Below, piece after piece: positions 24,302 through 33,047 of a stretch of DNA of 41,543 nt (its first letter is position 1; every line of letters starts with the position of its first letter). The position numbers and the translations under genes were made by a program. The stretch is from sequence record SRR2962707_1636. One strand, 5' to 3'. The notes under the pieces were generated by a model. That model did not search any database, was not told where the DNA came from, and saw only the letters and a list, made by a program, of their open reading frames with translations.

Positions 24302-25357
24302 ATGCGATTTATCTTCAGTCTCGTCATCTTCCTGCTCGCCCTCCCGCTTCTCTTCATGTTCGCTTTCGAACGCGGGCTGCTCGACGAGTATGTCGCCGAC
24401 GACGAGATTCCGGCCGAGCCGTTCATCCGCGCCGAACTGACGGAAACGACAAACGGCCCCGATCTCAGCCGCCGCATAAACGCAGCGCTCGACGAAGATG
24501 CCTATGACGACGCGGTGATGTATGCGGAAATCGCCGCCTACATCGACGCGCCGCTCGACGCCGAAACGCACGAACGCCTTGAAGCAGAAAATGTCTTTGC
24601 GCGCCGCGCCGCGCGCAACACCGGCAGCTTCGTGACCGGCTTTGTGACCGGCACCGGCGACGACACGCCGGCCTTCATGGGCGCCGTCGCCTCCGACCTC
24701 ACCGTGGTGGGCGATGTGCGCGACATCGGCTCGGAAGGCGCCAAGCTCGCACGTGGCGAGGAGTACTCGAAAATGATCCTCGGCCTTTCCGTCGTCGGCC
24801 TCGCGGCGACAACGGCAACGGTCGCGACCGGCGGCGGCGGCCTTCCCGCCCGCGTCGGCGTCTCTATCCTCAAAGTCGCGAAAAAAGCGGGCACGATTAC
24901 AGCGGGCTTCACGCGCGACGTGACGCGCCTCCTTCAGGAAGCGATGAATTTCAACAAGCTGGGAGACACGCTGCGCGCTGTCGATCTCGGCAACACGGCG
25001 GCCACGCGCCGCGCGATCACCGACTATGCGGACGGCATCTCCATGGCGAAGGTGACGCCCGTTCTCGACGATGTCGCTGCACTCGAAAAGGCCGCAGGCC
25101 CTGCTGAAACCGTGCGCCTGATGAGATATGTGGACAACACGGACGATCTCGCCCGCGTCAGCAAGATGAGCGGAACGCTCGGCACCAAGACGCGCGGTGT
25201 CATCGAACTCACCGGCAAGACGGGCCTCCGCGCTTTCAAGACGGCGTGGAACCTGATCCTTTTAGCGCTTGAATGGGTGTGGGCGATTGTTGGCGGTATC
25301 GGCGCCCTCATCGCGACGGCGCTCGGCCGCCGCGCCGTGCGCGGGCGCCGGGCCTGA
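24302..25357 (+). CDS. Conserved hypothetical membrane protein
   Basis: 351 aa with N- and C-terminal TM segments; SDLTVVGDVRD, LGLSVVGLAAT, GTKTRGVI motifs recalled from Rhizobiales proteins next to phoX. Confidence 0.8.
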   Translation: MRFIFSLVIFLLALPLLFMFAFERGLLDEYVADDEIPAEPFIRAELTETTNGPDLSRRINAALDEDAYDDAVMYAEIAAYIDAPLDAETHERLEAENVFARRAARNTGSFVTGFVTGTGDDTPAFMGAVASDLTVVGDVRDIGSEGAKLARGEEYSKMILGLSVVGLAATTATVATGGGGLPARVGVSILKVAKKAGTITAGFTRDVTRLLQEAMNFNKLGDTLRAVDLGNTAATRRAITDYADGISMAKVTPVLDDVAALEKAAGPAETVRLMRYVDNTDDLARVSKMSGTLGTKTRGVIELTGKTGLRAFKTAWNLILLALEWVWAIVGGIGALIATALGRRAVRGRRA

Positions 25358-25364
25358 GCGTCAA

Positions 25365-25676
25365 TCAGGCCGAGAGCATCACGCCGAGGAGGAAGACGCC
25401 GGAGAGAAAGCTCCAGATCGTCGCGATGCAGCCCGAAAGCAGCATCCAGAATGGCGGGCGGTTCTCGAACACCTGCGCCCGGAGCGCGTTCCTGAGAATG
25501 ACCGTCGGCCCTGCGAAGACCAGCGCGACGACACCGGCAAGCTGGCCGAAAGTTGATTCCGACGTGAGCTGGAAGCTCGGCGGCTTGCTCGTCACCATCC
25601 GGTAAAGACTGCTGGTAAGCCCCGCCGCAACAAACCCCGTCGCGATTGAAAAGAAAAACGCCGTCAACTGATGCAT
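25365..25676 (-). CDS. DUF6949-like small membrane protein
   Basis: GFVAAGL.SSLYRMVT.KPPSF, FAGPTVILRNA, WSFLSG; three TM segments. Confidence 0.7.
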   Translation of the reverse strand: MHQLTAFFFSIATGFVAAGLTSSLYRMVTSKPPSFQLTSESTFGQLAGVVALVFAGPTVILRNALRAQVFENRPPFWMLLSGCIATIWSFLSGVFLLGVMLSA

Positions 25677-25732
25677 CTGCCCCTATGCGCCCTACTGGCC
25701 GCCCCTGCTGTCTGTCGTTCGATCCGGCCAGA

Positions 25733-26095
25733 TCAGTGGCGGCCGGTTTCGACCCCCTCGATGAAACGATTGGCGAGTCCGGCAATGCGCGTTTCGGCAG
25801 CCGCCACCATGAAATCCGGCACGACATGCTCATCGAGCAGTCCGGCAATCGCCGGGTCCGAAAGGCTCTTTTTCAAATCGTCCACGGGCGTGCCGCGCGA
25901 ACGCTCGACGAGCGAGGCGAAGAAGTCCGAACGCTCGCCGAGCGCGAACTCCGTTTCGCCGAGCCGGCAGGTGCCGAGGTCCGCCTCACAGGCGAACCCC
26001 GGCAACGCCCCCGCGCGCCCGTCCAGTGGCAGGTGCCCCCCGAAATAGAAGAAGGCCCCGGCAATCATCAGCGATTTGAAAACAAAACTGGTCAT
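25733..26095 (-). CDS. Hypothetical protein with N-terminal hydrophobic segment
   Basis: 120-aa ORF with AGGGG RBS filling the gap; no recognisable motif. Confidence 0.6.
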   Translation of the reverse strand: MTSFVFKSLMIAGAFFYFGGHLPLDGRAGALPGFACEADLGTCRLGETEFALGERSDFFASLVERSRGTPVDDLKKSLSDPAIAGLLDEHVVPDFMVAAAETRIAGLANRFIEGVETGRH

Positions 26096-26307
26096 GGCCC
26101 CCTATCCGCAAGCGGCGTACCAGCGGGGGTGGCCATAGGGAAAATCTCCCTTGGACTTGAAATGATCTTTTAATTTCAGCAGGTTATAAAAACAGTCACG
26201 AGGCGGGGGCAGGCCCGCACCCGGCATCTGGGCCTCTCCCACGTGCCGGTTTGCATCGAACCTGTTTCAATGCGGAACAGAACGGCGAACGGCAGGGGGA
26301 CGGCGGT

Positions 26308-27072
26308 TTGGCGCGGCGCAATAAATCAAACGACGATCTGGTTCAGGAACGGCCCGCCTGGATCATCCCCGCGCTGGTGTTCGTCGGTGTGCTGACCTTT
26401 TCGGGTGCCTTCCTCTACTATTATTTCGGCCCCACCCCCGCCGAGCTGCTGGGCCGCGACCCGCGCGCCAGCTCGGCAAGCGGCGAAGTTGAGGCGATCG
26501 TCGGCAACATCCGCTTCCAGATTCCGGAAAACTACACCCGTTATCCAAGCCAGCGCGGCGGCGGGCGGATCTCCTCCATCGACATGCACGCCCTCCTGCC
26601 GAACCTCGAACCTTATTCGAGCGAACGGCAGGATCGCTTCGCCGATAATTCGGCGGCGTCGGACGTCGTTTATTTTTCTCTGGGAGAAAGCGCGGCGCCG
26701 CTCAATTCGGCACGGCGGCTGAAGGATATCTATTCAAAGTATCTCGAAACGACGGCGCCCGCCGAAGGCCCCGACGGCCTGCAGCTCTTTCCCTTCCGCC
26801 CGGACAGCGGCTATGCCGATCAGGATCTGCTTGTGGGCAAGGATGCGGAATCGCGGATGCTGCTGCTTCTCTGCGACCGCCAGACGCCGCTCATCGAAAG
26901 CCCGAACTGCTCTCGCTCGCTGCTCCTCGGCCCCAATCTCGAACTCACCTATCGCTACAAGCGGGACCACCTGGACGACTGGCGCGAAATCGACACCGCC
27001 CTCTCGGAACTGGTCGCGGAATTTGGCGCTGCCGAACCGACCGGCGACCTCCAGGGCTCGATACTGGACTGA
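26308..27072 (+). CDS. Hypothetical membrane-anchored periplasmic protein
   Basis: Single N-terminal TM; F.IP.NY.R, C...PNC.R, LTYRYKR.HL.DW; TTG start uncertain. Confidence 0.75.
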   Translation: MARRNKSNDDLVQERPAWIIPALVFVGVLTFSGAFLYYYFGPTPAELLGRDPRASSASGEVEAIVGNIRFQIPENYTRYPSQRGGGRISSIDMHALLPNLEPYSSERQDRFADNSAASDVVYFSLGESAAPLNSARRLKDIYSKYLETTAPAEGPDGLQLFPFRPDSGYADQDLLVGKDAESRMLLLLCDRQTPLIESPNCSRSLLLGPNLELTYRYKRDHLDDWREIDTALSELVAEFGAAEPTGDLQGSILD

Positions 27073-27074
27073 GC

Positions 27075-27284
27075 TTACGGCAGGTCGATGTCGAGGATCG
27101 CCATGTTGAAGGCGTAGGAAACCTCGCCTTCCTCATCATCCCTGAAAATCACGCCGATGAATTCATCGCCGATATTCACTTCGGCGGAATCGTCCTTCTG
27201 CGGCCGCTGGCGCACGACGATCGACGGCAACTGGAACTTCTGGCGCAGATAAGCCTCGATACGCTGTATTTCGGTCTTGTCCAA
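27075..27284 (-). CDS. DUF3126 family protein
   Basis: 69 aa; RPQKDDSAEV.IGDEFIGVI..DDEEGE.SY.F.MAILD.DL; TTG start with GGGAG RBS. Confidence 0.88.
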   Translation of the reverse strand: MDKTEIQRIEAYLRQKFQLPSIVVRQRPQKDDSAEVNIGDEFIGVIFRDDEEGEVSYAFNMAILDIDLP

Positions 27285-27481
27285 GAAGCTCTCCCGTCAT
27301 CGCTGAATGGTCGTGAGCCGGAACTTGCGGCATCGAAAGCCGCCCGCGGCGTCCCGAGGTTGTAACCATTTGGCGCCGCCGGTGCAAACCCCTGCGGCGC
27401 TTGGTCCAATGGGCGGCAGGCGCGGCCCATGTCAGTCTTTCGGCCTTGAGCCATGGGAAAATGGCGGAAGGAAATGGCGAG

Positions 27482-27622
27482 ATGACGCGCCGCACGCGAA
27501 AATTCCTGACCTTCGTTGCCGTCGCACTGACGGTCGCCGCCGTGCTCACGCTCGCCCAGTCGCGGTTTCCTGCGGAGCCCGGCGTGGAGCAGCGCGCGCT
27601 GCTCCAGCCCGACCCGCGCTGA
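27482..27622 (+). CDS. Small hypothetical membrane or secreted peptide (46 aa)
   Basis: Basic N-terminus plus one hydrophobic helix (MTRRTRKFLTFVAVALTVAAVLTLA). Confidence 0.45.
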   Translation: MTRRTRKFLTFVAVALTVAAVLTLAQSRFPAEPGVEQRALLQPDPR

Positions 27623-27629
27623 CCAAAGT

Positions 27630-28436
27630 CTAGCGGCTCGTATAACCGCCATCCGCCACAAGCTCCGATCCCGTCATGAAAGAGGAATCCTCACTCGCGA
27701 GGAAAAGGATCGTATTGGCGATCTCCTCTGCAATGCCGAGACGGCCGACCGGGTGCAGCATGATGAGAAGCTCGCGCATCTCGTTCGGCCCCACTGCCTG
27801 CCCCTGAACGACACCGCGATTGAGCGCATCGCGCACCAGCGGCGTATCGATATAGCCGGGGTGCACCGAGTTAACGCGGATGTTGTATCCCGCCTCCGCG
27901 CATTCCAGCGCCGCCGATTTCGTGAGCAGGCGCACACCGCCCTTCGCCGCATTATAGTCGCTCGCACCGGGATGCCCGACAAGTCCAAGGATCGACGAGA
28001 TGTTGATGATCGAGCCTCCCGTTCCGCCCTTCGCGGTATGCTTCTTGATCGTGCGGATACCGTGCTTGCAGCCGAGAAACACACTGTCGAGATCGATCTC
28101 GATGGTCCGCCGCCAGGAAGCTAGCGTCTTCTCCTCAATGGGCCCGCCTTCCGGCGCAATGCCTGCATTGTTGACAAGTATGTGAAGCCCGCCAAAGCGC
28201 TCCTCCGCAAGCTTCGCCGCCGCTTCCCATTGCGCTTCGTCGACCACATCGTGACGAATGAAAGCAGCTTCACCGCCTGCATTGGCGATTTCATCGGCGA
28301 CCGCCTGTCCGCCCTCTTCGTCGAGGTCCGTGCAGACGATCTTCGCTCCTTCCCGCGCGAGTATCGCCGCCGTCGCCGCGCCGATGCCCTTCGCCGCCCC
28401 TGTCACGATCGCGACTTTTCCTTGCACCCGTCCCAT
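27630..28436 (-). CDS. SDR family oxidoreductase (3beta-HSD/cyclopentanol dehydrogenase-like)
   Basis: TGAAKGIG, NNAG, YNAAK, IRVNSVHPGYIDTP. Confidence 0.93.
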   Translation of the reverse strand: MGRVQGKVAIVTGAAKGIGAATAAILAREGAKIVCTDLDEEGGQAVADEIANAGGEAAFIRHDVVDEAQWEAAAKLAEERFGGLHILVNNAGIAPEGGPIEEKTLASWRRTIEIDLDSVFLGCKHGIRTIKKHTAKGGTGGSIINISSILGLVGHPGASDYNAAKGGVRLLTKSAALECAEAGYNIRVNSVHPGYIDTPLVRDALNRGVVQGQAVGPNEMRELLIMLHPVGRLGIAEEIANTILFLASEDSSFMTGSELVADGGYTSR

Positions 28437-28595
28437 TTGCTGCCTCCCGCCCTGTCATTATGATTGTTGTTCGGCATTCTGCCGCGCCCGCGTTCCACCG
28501 CAAAGCATGAAAGCCCGTATCCGGGCCTTGTGCTATAGAACAGCACCGCCAAAAAAGACCCCGCCCGGAAAGAGTGGGGCCGATAAGGAGTAGAA

Positions 28596-28871
28596 ATGGC
28601 CATCGCTCTCAAGATCACCTTCGAAACCTCGCAAGCCGATCAGATTCTGACGCAGCTCCGCGCCTACAAGGAACGTGAGTTCGACCGCAACCCGCCGCGT
28701 GGTTTCATCGGTGCGAATGTGGAAGAAGGCGACGGCAAAGTGATCTTCCGCAGCGATTGGGAAGACGACGACGCATTGGAGAATACGCGCGACAGCGCGC
28801 CCTTCGAAGCCTGCCTCGATCTCTGCGATATCTATGCCGATGGCCGCCACGACGAAAAAGTCGAGCTCTGA
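28596..28871 (+). CDS. Small acidic hypothetical protein
   Basis: 91 aa; strong TAAGGAG RBS; ends 3 nt before the next gene. Confidence 0.75.
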   Translation: MAIALKITFETSQADQILTQLRAYKEREFDRNPPRGFIGANVEEGDGKVIFRSDWEDDDALENTRDSAPFEACLDLCDIYADGRHDEKVEL

Positions 28872-28874
28872 CAC

Positions 28875-30146
28875 ATGGCCTACCCGCCCTCCTACTACGC
28901 AGCAACGGCAAACGAGACGCCGCCCGTCACACCGCTTATGGGCGACACGACAGCGGATGTCTGCGTAGTCGGCGCGGGATATACCGGCCTCTCGGCGGCG
29001 CTGCATCTCGCCGAACGCGGGTTTTCCGTCATCGTTCTGGAAGCCGAGCGCGTCGGCTGGGGCGCGTCGGGCCGCAATGGCGGTCAGTTGGGCGTCGGCC
29101 AGCGCAAGGACCAGCGTTCGCTGGAAGAAAGCCTCGGCAAGGAGTGGGCGCATCGCCTCTGGGATCTCGGCGTTGAAAGCAACGCGCTCGTAAAGCATCT
29201 GATCGCCCGCCACGAAATCGACTGCGACCTGAAACCGGGTCTTCTTCAGGCGGGCTGGAAAAGAAGCTGCGCCGTCTGGCTGAAGTCCGAAGTCGAGCAT
29301 CTTGCCGAAGAATACGGGCACACGAAGATGCGCTACGTGCCGCGCGACGAAATGCACGAGATGATCGCGACGGATTGTTACCACGGCGGCATTCTCGAAG
29401 AAGCGGGCGCACATCTTCATCCGCTGAACTACGCCCTCGGCCTCGCCCGCGCGGCGCGCGAACGGGGCGTCGCAATCCACGAGCAAACCCGCGTCCTCGA
29501 TGTGACACAGGAAGACCCGGCCATCGTGAAGACGGAAAAGGGTTCCGTCCGCGCGCGCCATGTCGTGCTTGCCTGCAATGCCTATCTGGGTTCGCTTGAG
29601 CCCCGCGTCGCGGGCGCCATCATGCCGATCAACAATTTCCTGCTCGCGACCGAGCCGCTGGGCGACGAGGCGCGCAAACTCATACGCGACGATGTCTGCG
29701 TGCAGGACACGAAATTCGTCATCGACTATTACCGGCTATCGGCGGATGGCCGTCTCGTCTTTGGCGGCGGCGAGAGCTATTCGCCGAACCTGCCGAAAGA
29801 CCTCGCGGGCTTCGTCCGCAAGCCCATGCTCCGCGTCTTCCCGCAACTGAAAGACACGCGCATCGACTATGCCTGGTCCGGCTCCGTCGCGATCACGCTG
29901 AAGCGCATGCCGCATTTCGGCCGCATCGCACCGAACATCGTCTTCGCGCATGGCTATTCGGGTCAGGGCATCAACATCGCAACGCTCGGCGGCAAGCTCG
30001 TCGCCGAGGCCGTCGCCGGTCAGGCCGAACGCTTCGATGTCATGGCAAAATTGAAGACGCCAAATTTCCCCGGCGGCACGCTGCTGCGCTACCCCGGCCT
30101 CGTCGCGGGAATGATCTTCTATGCGTTGAAGGACAGGCTGCCCTGA
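28875..30146 (+). CDS. FAD-dependent oxidoreductase, gamma-glutamylputrescine oxidase (PuuB/OrdL)-like
   Basis: YPPSYYAATA, DVCVVGAGYTGLSAA, GASGRNGG, HLHPLNYALGLA, DYYRLSAD, GYSGQG. Confidence 0.88.
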   Translation: MAYPPSYYAATANETPPVTPLMGDTTADVCVVGAGYTGLSAALHLAERGFSVIVLEAERVGWGASGRNGGQLGVGQRKDQRSLEESLGKEWAHRLWDLGVESNALVKHLIARHEIDCDLKPGLLQAGWKRSCAVWLKSEVEHLAEEYGHTKMRYVPRDEMHEMIATDCYHGGILEEAGAHLHPLNYALGLARAARERGVAIHEQTRVLDVTQEDPAIVKTEKGSVRARHVVLACNAYLGSLEPRVAGAIMPINNFLLATEPLGDEARKLIRDDVCVQDTKFVIDYYRLSADGRLVFGGGESYSPNLPKDLAGFVRKPMLRVFPQLKDTRIDYAWSGSVAITLKRMPHFGRIAPNIVFAHGYSGQGINIATLGGKLVAEAVAGQAERFDVMAKLKTPNFPGGTLLRYPGLVAGMIFYALKDRLP

Positions 30147-30149
30147 GGC

Positions 30150-30986
30150 TCAGATGCCCGCGCCAGGATCGCCCTCTTCGCGGATGATGTGATCCATCGA
30201 ATGGGCGGGCTTGTCGCAACCTGCGCAGCCGACCACCTTCGCGGGCACGCCCACTGCCGTGCAATGCGCCGGCACTTCATGAAGCACCACGCTACCTGCG
30301 CCGATGCGGCTGTATTCGCCGATCACGATATTGCCGAGAACCTTGGCGCCGACGGAAATGAGCACGCCGCGCCGAACCTTCGGATGACGGTCGCCCGTCT
30401 CCTTGCCCGTGCCGCCCAGCGTCACGCCATGCAGCATCGACACATCGTCTTCCACGACCGCCGTCTCGCCGATCACGATGCCGGTCGCATGGTCGATGAA
30501 GATGCCGCGCCCGAGCTTTGCCGCCGGGTGGATATCGACCGCGAAGAGTTCCGACATGCGGCTCTGCAGATAGAGCGCCATCGCCCGCCGCCCTTCTCCC
30601 CAAAGCCAGTGCGCAACGCGGTAAGCCTGCAGCGCATGGAAGCCCTTGAAGTAGAGAAGCGGCTGGATATAGGAGTGGCAGGCCGGGTCGCGGTCGTAAT
30701 AGGCAACGATGTCCGCGCGGGTCGCTTCGCCGATCTCCGGCTGCTCGCGCAGCGCCTCGTCAAAAAGCTCGCGAAGCTGCATCGAATGCACTTCCGCATT
30801 GCCGAGCTTCTGCGCCAGGTGATAGGCGAGCGCATCGTTGAAGGTGCGGTGGCTCAGGATCGTCGAATAGAGAAAACTTGCAAGGATCGGCTCGCCCGAT
30901 GCCATGTCCTCCGCTTCTTCTCGCACGCGCTCCCAGACAGGATCGCACACGGATAGCGGCTGATTCTTTTCGACCGGCTTCGACAT
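30150..30986 (-). CDS. cysE: Serine O-acetyltransferase
   Basis: RDPAC, FKGFHALQAYRVAH, VDIHPAA, IDHATGIVIGET, TLGGTGKETGDRHPK. Confidence 0.96.
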   Translation of the reverse strand: MSKPVEKNQPLSVCDPVWERVREEAEDMASGEPILASFLYSTILSHRTFNDALAYHLAQKLGNAEVHSMQLRELFDEALREQPEIGEATRADIVAYYDRDPACHSYIQPLLYFKGFHALQAYRVAHWLWGEGRRAMALYLQSRMSELFAVDIHPAAKLGRGIFIDHATGIVIGETAVVEDDVSMLHGVTLGGTGKETGDRHPKVRRGVLISVGAKVLGNIVIGEYSRIGAGSVVLHEVPAHCTAVGVPAKVVGCAGCDKPAHSMDHIIREEGDPGAGI

Positions 30987-31176
30987 GACCCCGCTCCTTC
31001 CCTTGCGCCCTGCCTAAAATCAGGGCTGCCTGCGCGGAAAGCCCCGCGACATGAACACGGAGCCAGTTGCAAAGAGCTTAATACATAGCGCGCGTCCATG
31101 CGAGTTCAATGGGGGAACCCACCCCCGCCCGCCCGTGTTAATCTTTTCCGAAAAGCACCATCGGGAGAAACCGGCC

Positions 31177-31986
31177 ATGCCATTCGCCACCGCAGGCGGC
31201 ATCGACATTTTCTATGAGCGCATCGGCTCCGGCCCGCGCCTCCTCTTCATTTCCGGCACCGGCGGCGATCTCCGCCTCCGGCCCAATGTGCTGGACGGGC
31301 CCTTCCCGAAGCATTTCGATATGGCAGCCTATGACCAGCGCGGCCTCGGTCAGACCTCGAAGCCGGACCGCCCCTACAGCATGGCCGAATATGCCGAAGA
31401 CGCCGTCGGCCTGATGGAGGCCATCGGCTGGGGCTCCGCCCTTGTCGTCGGCGTCTCCTTCGGCGGCATGGTCGCGCAGGAACTGGCGATCCGGCACCCG
31501 CACGCGGTGGAGGGCCTCGTCCTCGCCTGCACCTCTCCCGGCGGCGCGGGCGGCGCGTCGTACCCGCTCCACACGCTCCTCGGCATGGACCGCGAAGAGC
31601 GCGCCCGCCACATGATCCCGATTTCCGATACACGCCACGACGAGGCATGGGCGAAGGCCAACTCGGAGACATATGAACAGCTCGTCGCCTTCTCCGCCAA
31701 CGATCCTTATGCGGATGAACCGGGCCGGGAGATGGGCGCCCGCCGTCAGCTCGAAGCCCGTGCAGACCACGACACATGGGACCGCCTCGGTGAAATCCAC
31801 TGTCCCACGCTCATCTGCGGCGGCAAATATGACGGCATCGCCCTCCCCGAAACGCAGGAGAAGATGGCCTCGCGCATCCGGGGCGCCGAGCTTCGCTTCT
31901 TCGAAGGCGGCCACCTCTTCATGCTGCAGGACCGCACGGCCCTCCCCACAATGACCTCTTTCCTCAAAGGCGAGGACGAAACTTGA
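31177..31986 (+). CDS. Alpha/beta hydrolase (enol-lactonase-like)
   Basis: YDQRGLGQT, nucleophile elbow GVSFGG, G.YD, GGH. Confidence 0.9.
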   Translation: MPFATAGGIDIFYERIGSGPRLLFISGTGGDLRLRPNVLDGPFPKHFDMAAYDQRGLGQTSKPDRPYSMAEYAEDAVGLMEAIGWGSALVVGVSFGGMVAQELAIRHPHAVEGLVLACTSPGGAGGASYPLHTLLGMDREERARHMIPISDTRHDEAWAKANSETYEQLVAFSANDPYADEPGREMGARRQLEARADHDTWDRLGEIHCPTLICGGKYDGIALPETQEKMASRIRGAELRFFEGGHLFMLQDRTALPTMTSFLKGEDET

Positions 31987-32081
31987 TCCGGTCCTGATCC
32001 GTTTCGGCACAGTCCGCCAAGGAAACGTTAAGCCGCTCCGCCTAACCTGAACGCGAATTCCAGTTTCGCATTCGGGTACCC

Positions 32082-32279
32082 ATGTCTGTATCGAGTATGG
32101 CGGCCGCCGCCGTCGCCAGTCAGCAAAACCAGATCGCCCAGGCCATGCAGGTCGCCATGCTCCGCGCCGGACATGAGCAGGAAAAGGCGATGGTCGACAT
32201 GCTCGCCGAAGCGGCGCAGGCATCGGCAAAAGCAACTCCACCCGACGGGCTCGGCGCCCGCCTCGACATCAGCGTCTGA
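32082..32279 (+). CDS. Small protein resembling the YjfB-like putative motility protein family
   Basis: 65 aa; Q..QVAMLR...EQE....ML and C-terminal GLGARLDISV. Confidence 0.6.
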   Translation: MSVSSMAAAAVASQQNQIAQAMQVAMLRAGHEQEKAMVDMLAEAAQASAKATPPDGLGARLDISV

Positions 32280-32292
32280 AGCGGCTGGTCCG

Positions 32293-32847
32293 GTGGCGAA
32301 GATCGTTCCCTTCAGGACCGCCTTCCCGCGACGCACATCGCAGGTCCGGTACGGCAAACCGAAATGGCTTGCATCCCCGCGCGTGCGCCGCCTGTTCTTC
32401 CGCTGCGCCGTCTTCGCCGTTCTTCTCGCCAGCGTGCCCTTCCTCCTCGACGGCGAAACCTCCTCCACGACAGCCCCCGCCCCCTACCGGCCCGGCGCGC
32501 CGGTTGAGCATGACCGCCCCGCGCCCATCCACGGGCGCATCTCCGTCTATGACGGCGACACGATCCGCCTCGGCGACGAACGCATTCGCGTCGTCGGCTT
32601 CGACACGCCGGAACTCGGCCACCGCGCCCGCTGCAACAAGGAAGCCCGCGCCGCCAAGCAGGCAAAGCAGGTGCTGATCGGCGAGATCGCGCGCGGCGAT
32701 GTCGAACTCCACCGCCAGGGAACTGACCGCTACGGCCGCACGCTCGCCCGCGTCACGGTCAACGGCCGCGACGTCGCCAATACGATGATCGGCCGAGGCC
32801 TCGCCCGCCCCTACGACGGCGGCCGCCGCGCGGGCTGGTGCGGCTGA
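32293..32847 (+). CDS. Thermonuclease (SNase) family protein with N-terminal TM
   Basis: VYDGDTI, RIRVVGFDTPE, DRYGRTLA, MIGRGLA, WC terminus; start uncertain (GTG 32293). Confidence 0.88.
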   Translation: MAKIVPFRTAFPRRTSQVRYGKPKWLASPRVRRLFFRCAVFAVLLASVPFLLDGETSSTTAPAPYRPGAPVEHDRPAPIHGRISVYDGDTIRLGDERIRVVGFDTPELGHRARCNKEARAAKQAKQVLIGEIARGDVELHRQGTDRYGRTLARVTVNGRDVANTMIGRGLARPYDGGRRAGWCG

Positions 32848-33047
32848 TACCTGCGCGTCCGAAATACTCTTCATTCACCGGACCGCATGATCCGCCCCAT
32901 CTTGAAACCCTGGGATCACAGATGGATGCTTTTCTGTGTGGAAACCAACTTTGAAGCGTCTTCCACGCTTGCCGCACACTGTCCTCTTCCCTAGAAATAA
33001 TGAAAAGCATTAGGGCATCGCCGCAGGGTCGCCCGAGGGAGATACGC

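Noticed and set aside
28551-28581. Minus-strand terminator-like hairpin with U6 in a divergent intergenic region
   Set aside because: The stem has a mismatch and wobbles, and no minus-strand gene ends there; too weak to call.
32082-32847. Small protein plus nuclease as a toxin-antitoxin or defence pair
   Set aside because: The SNase has a membrane anchor typical of housekeeping thermonucleases, the small protein resembles YjfB-like proteins, and there is no defence-island context.
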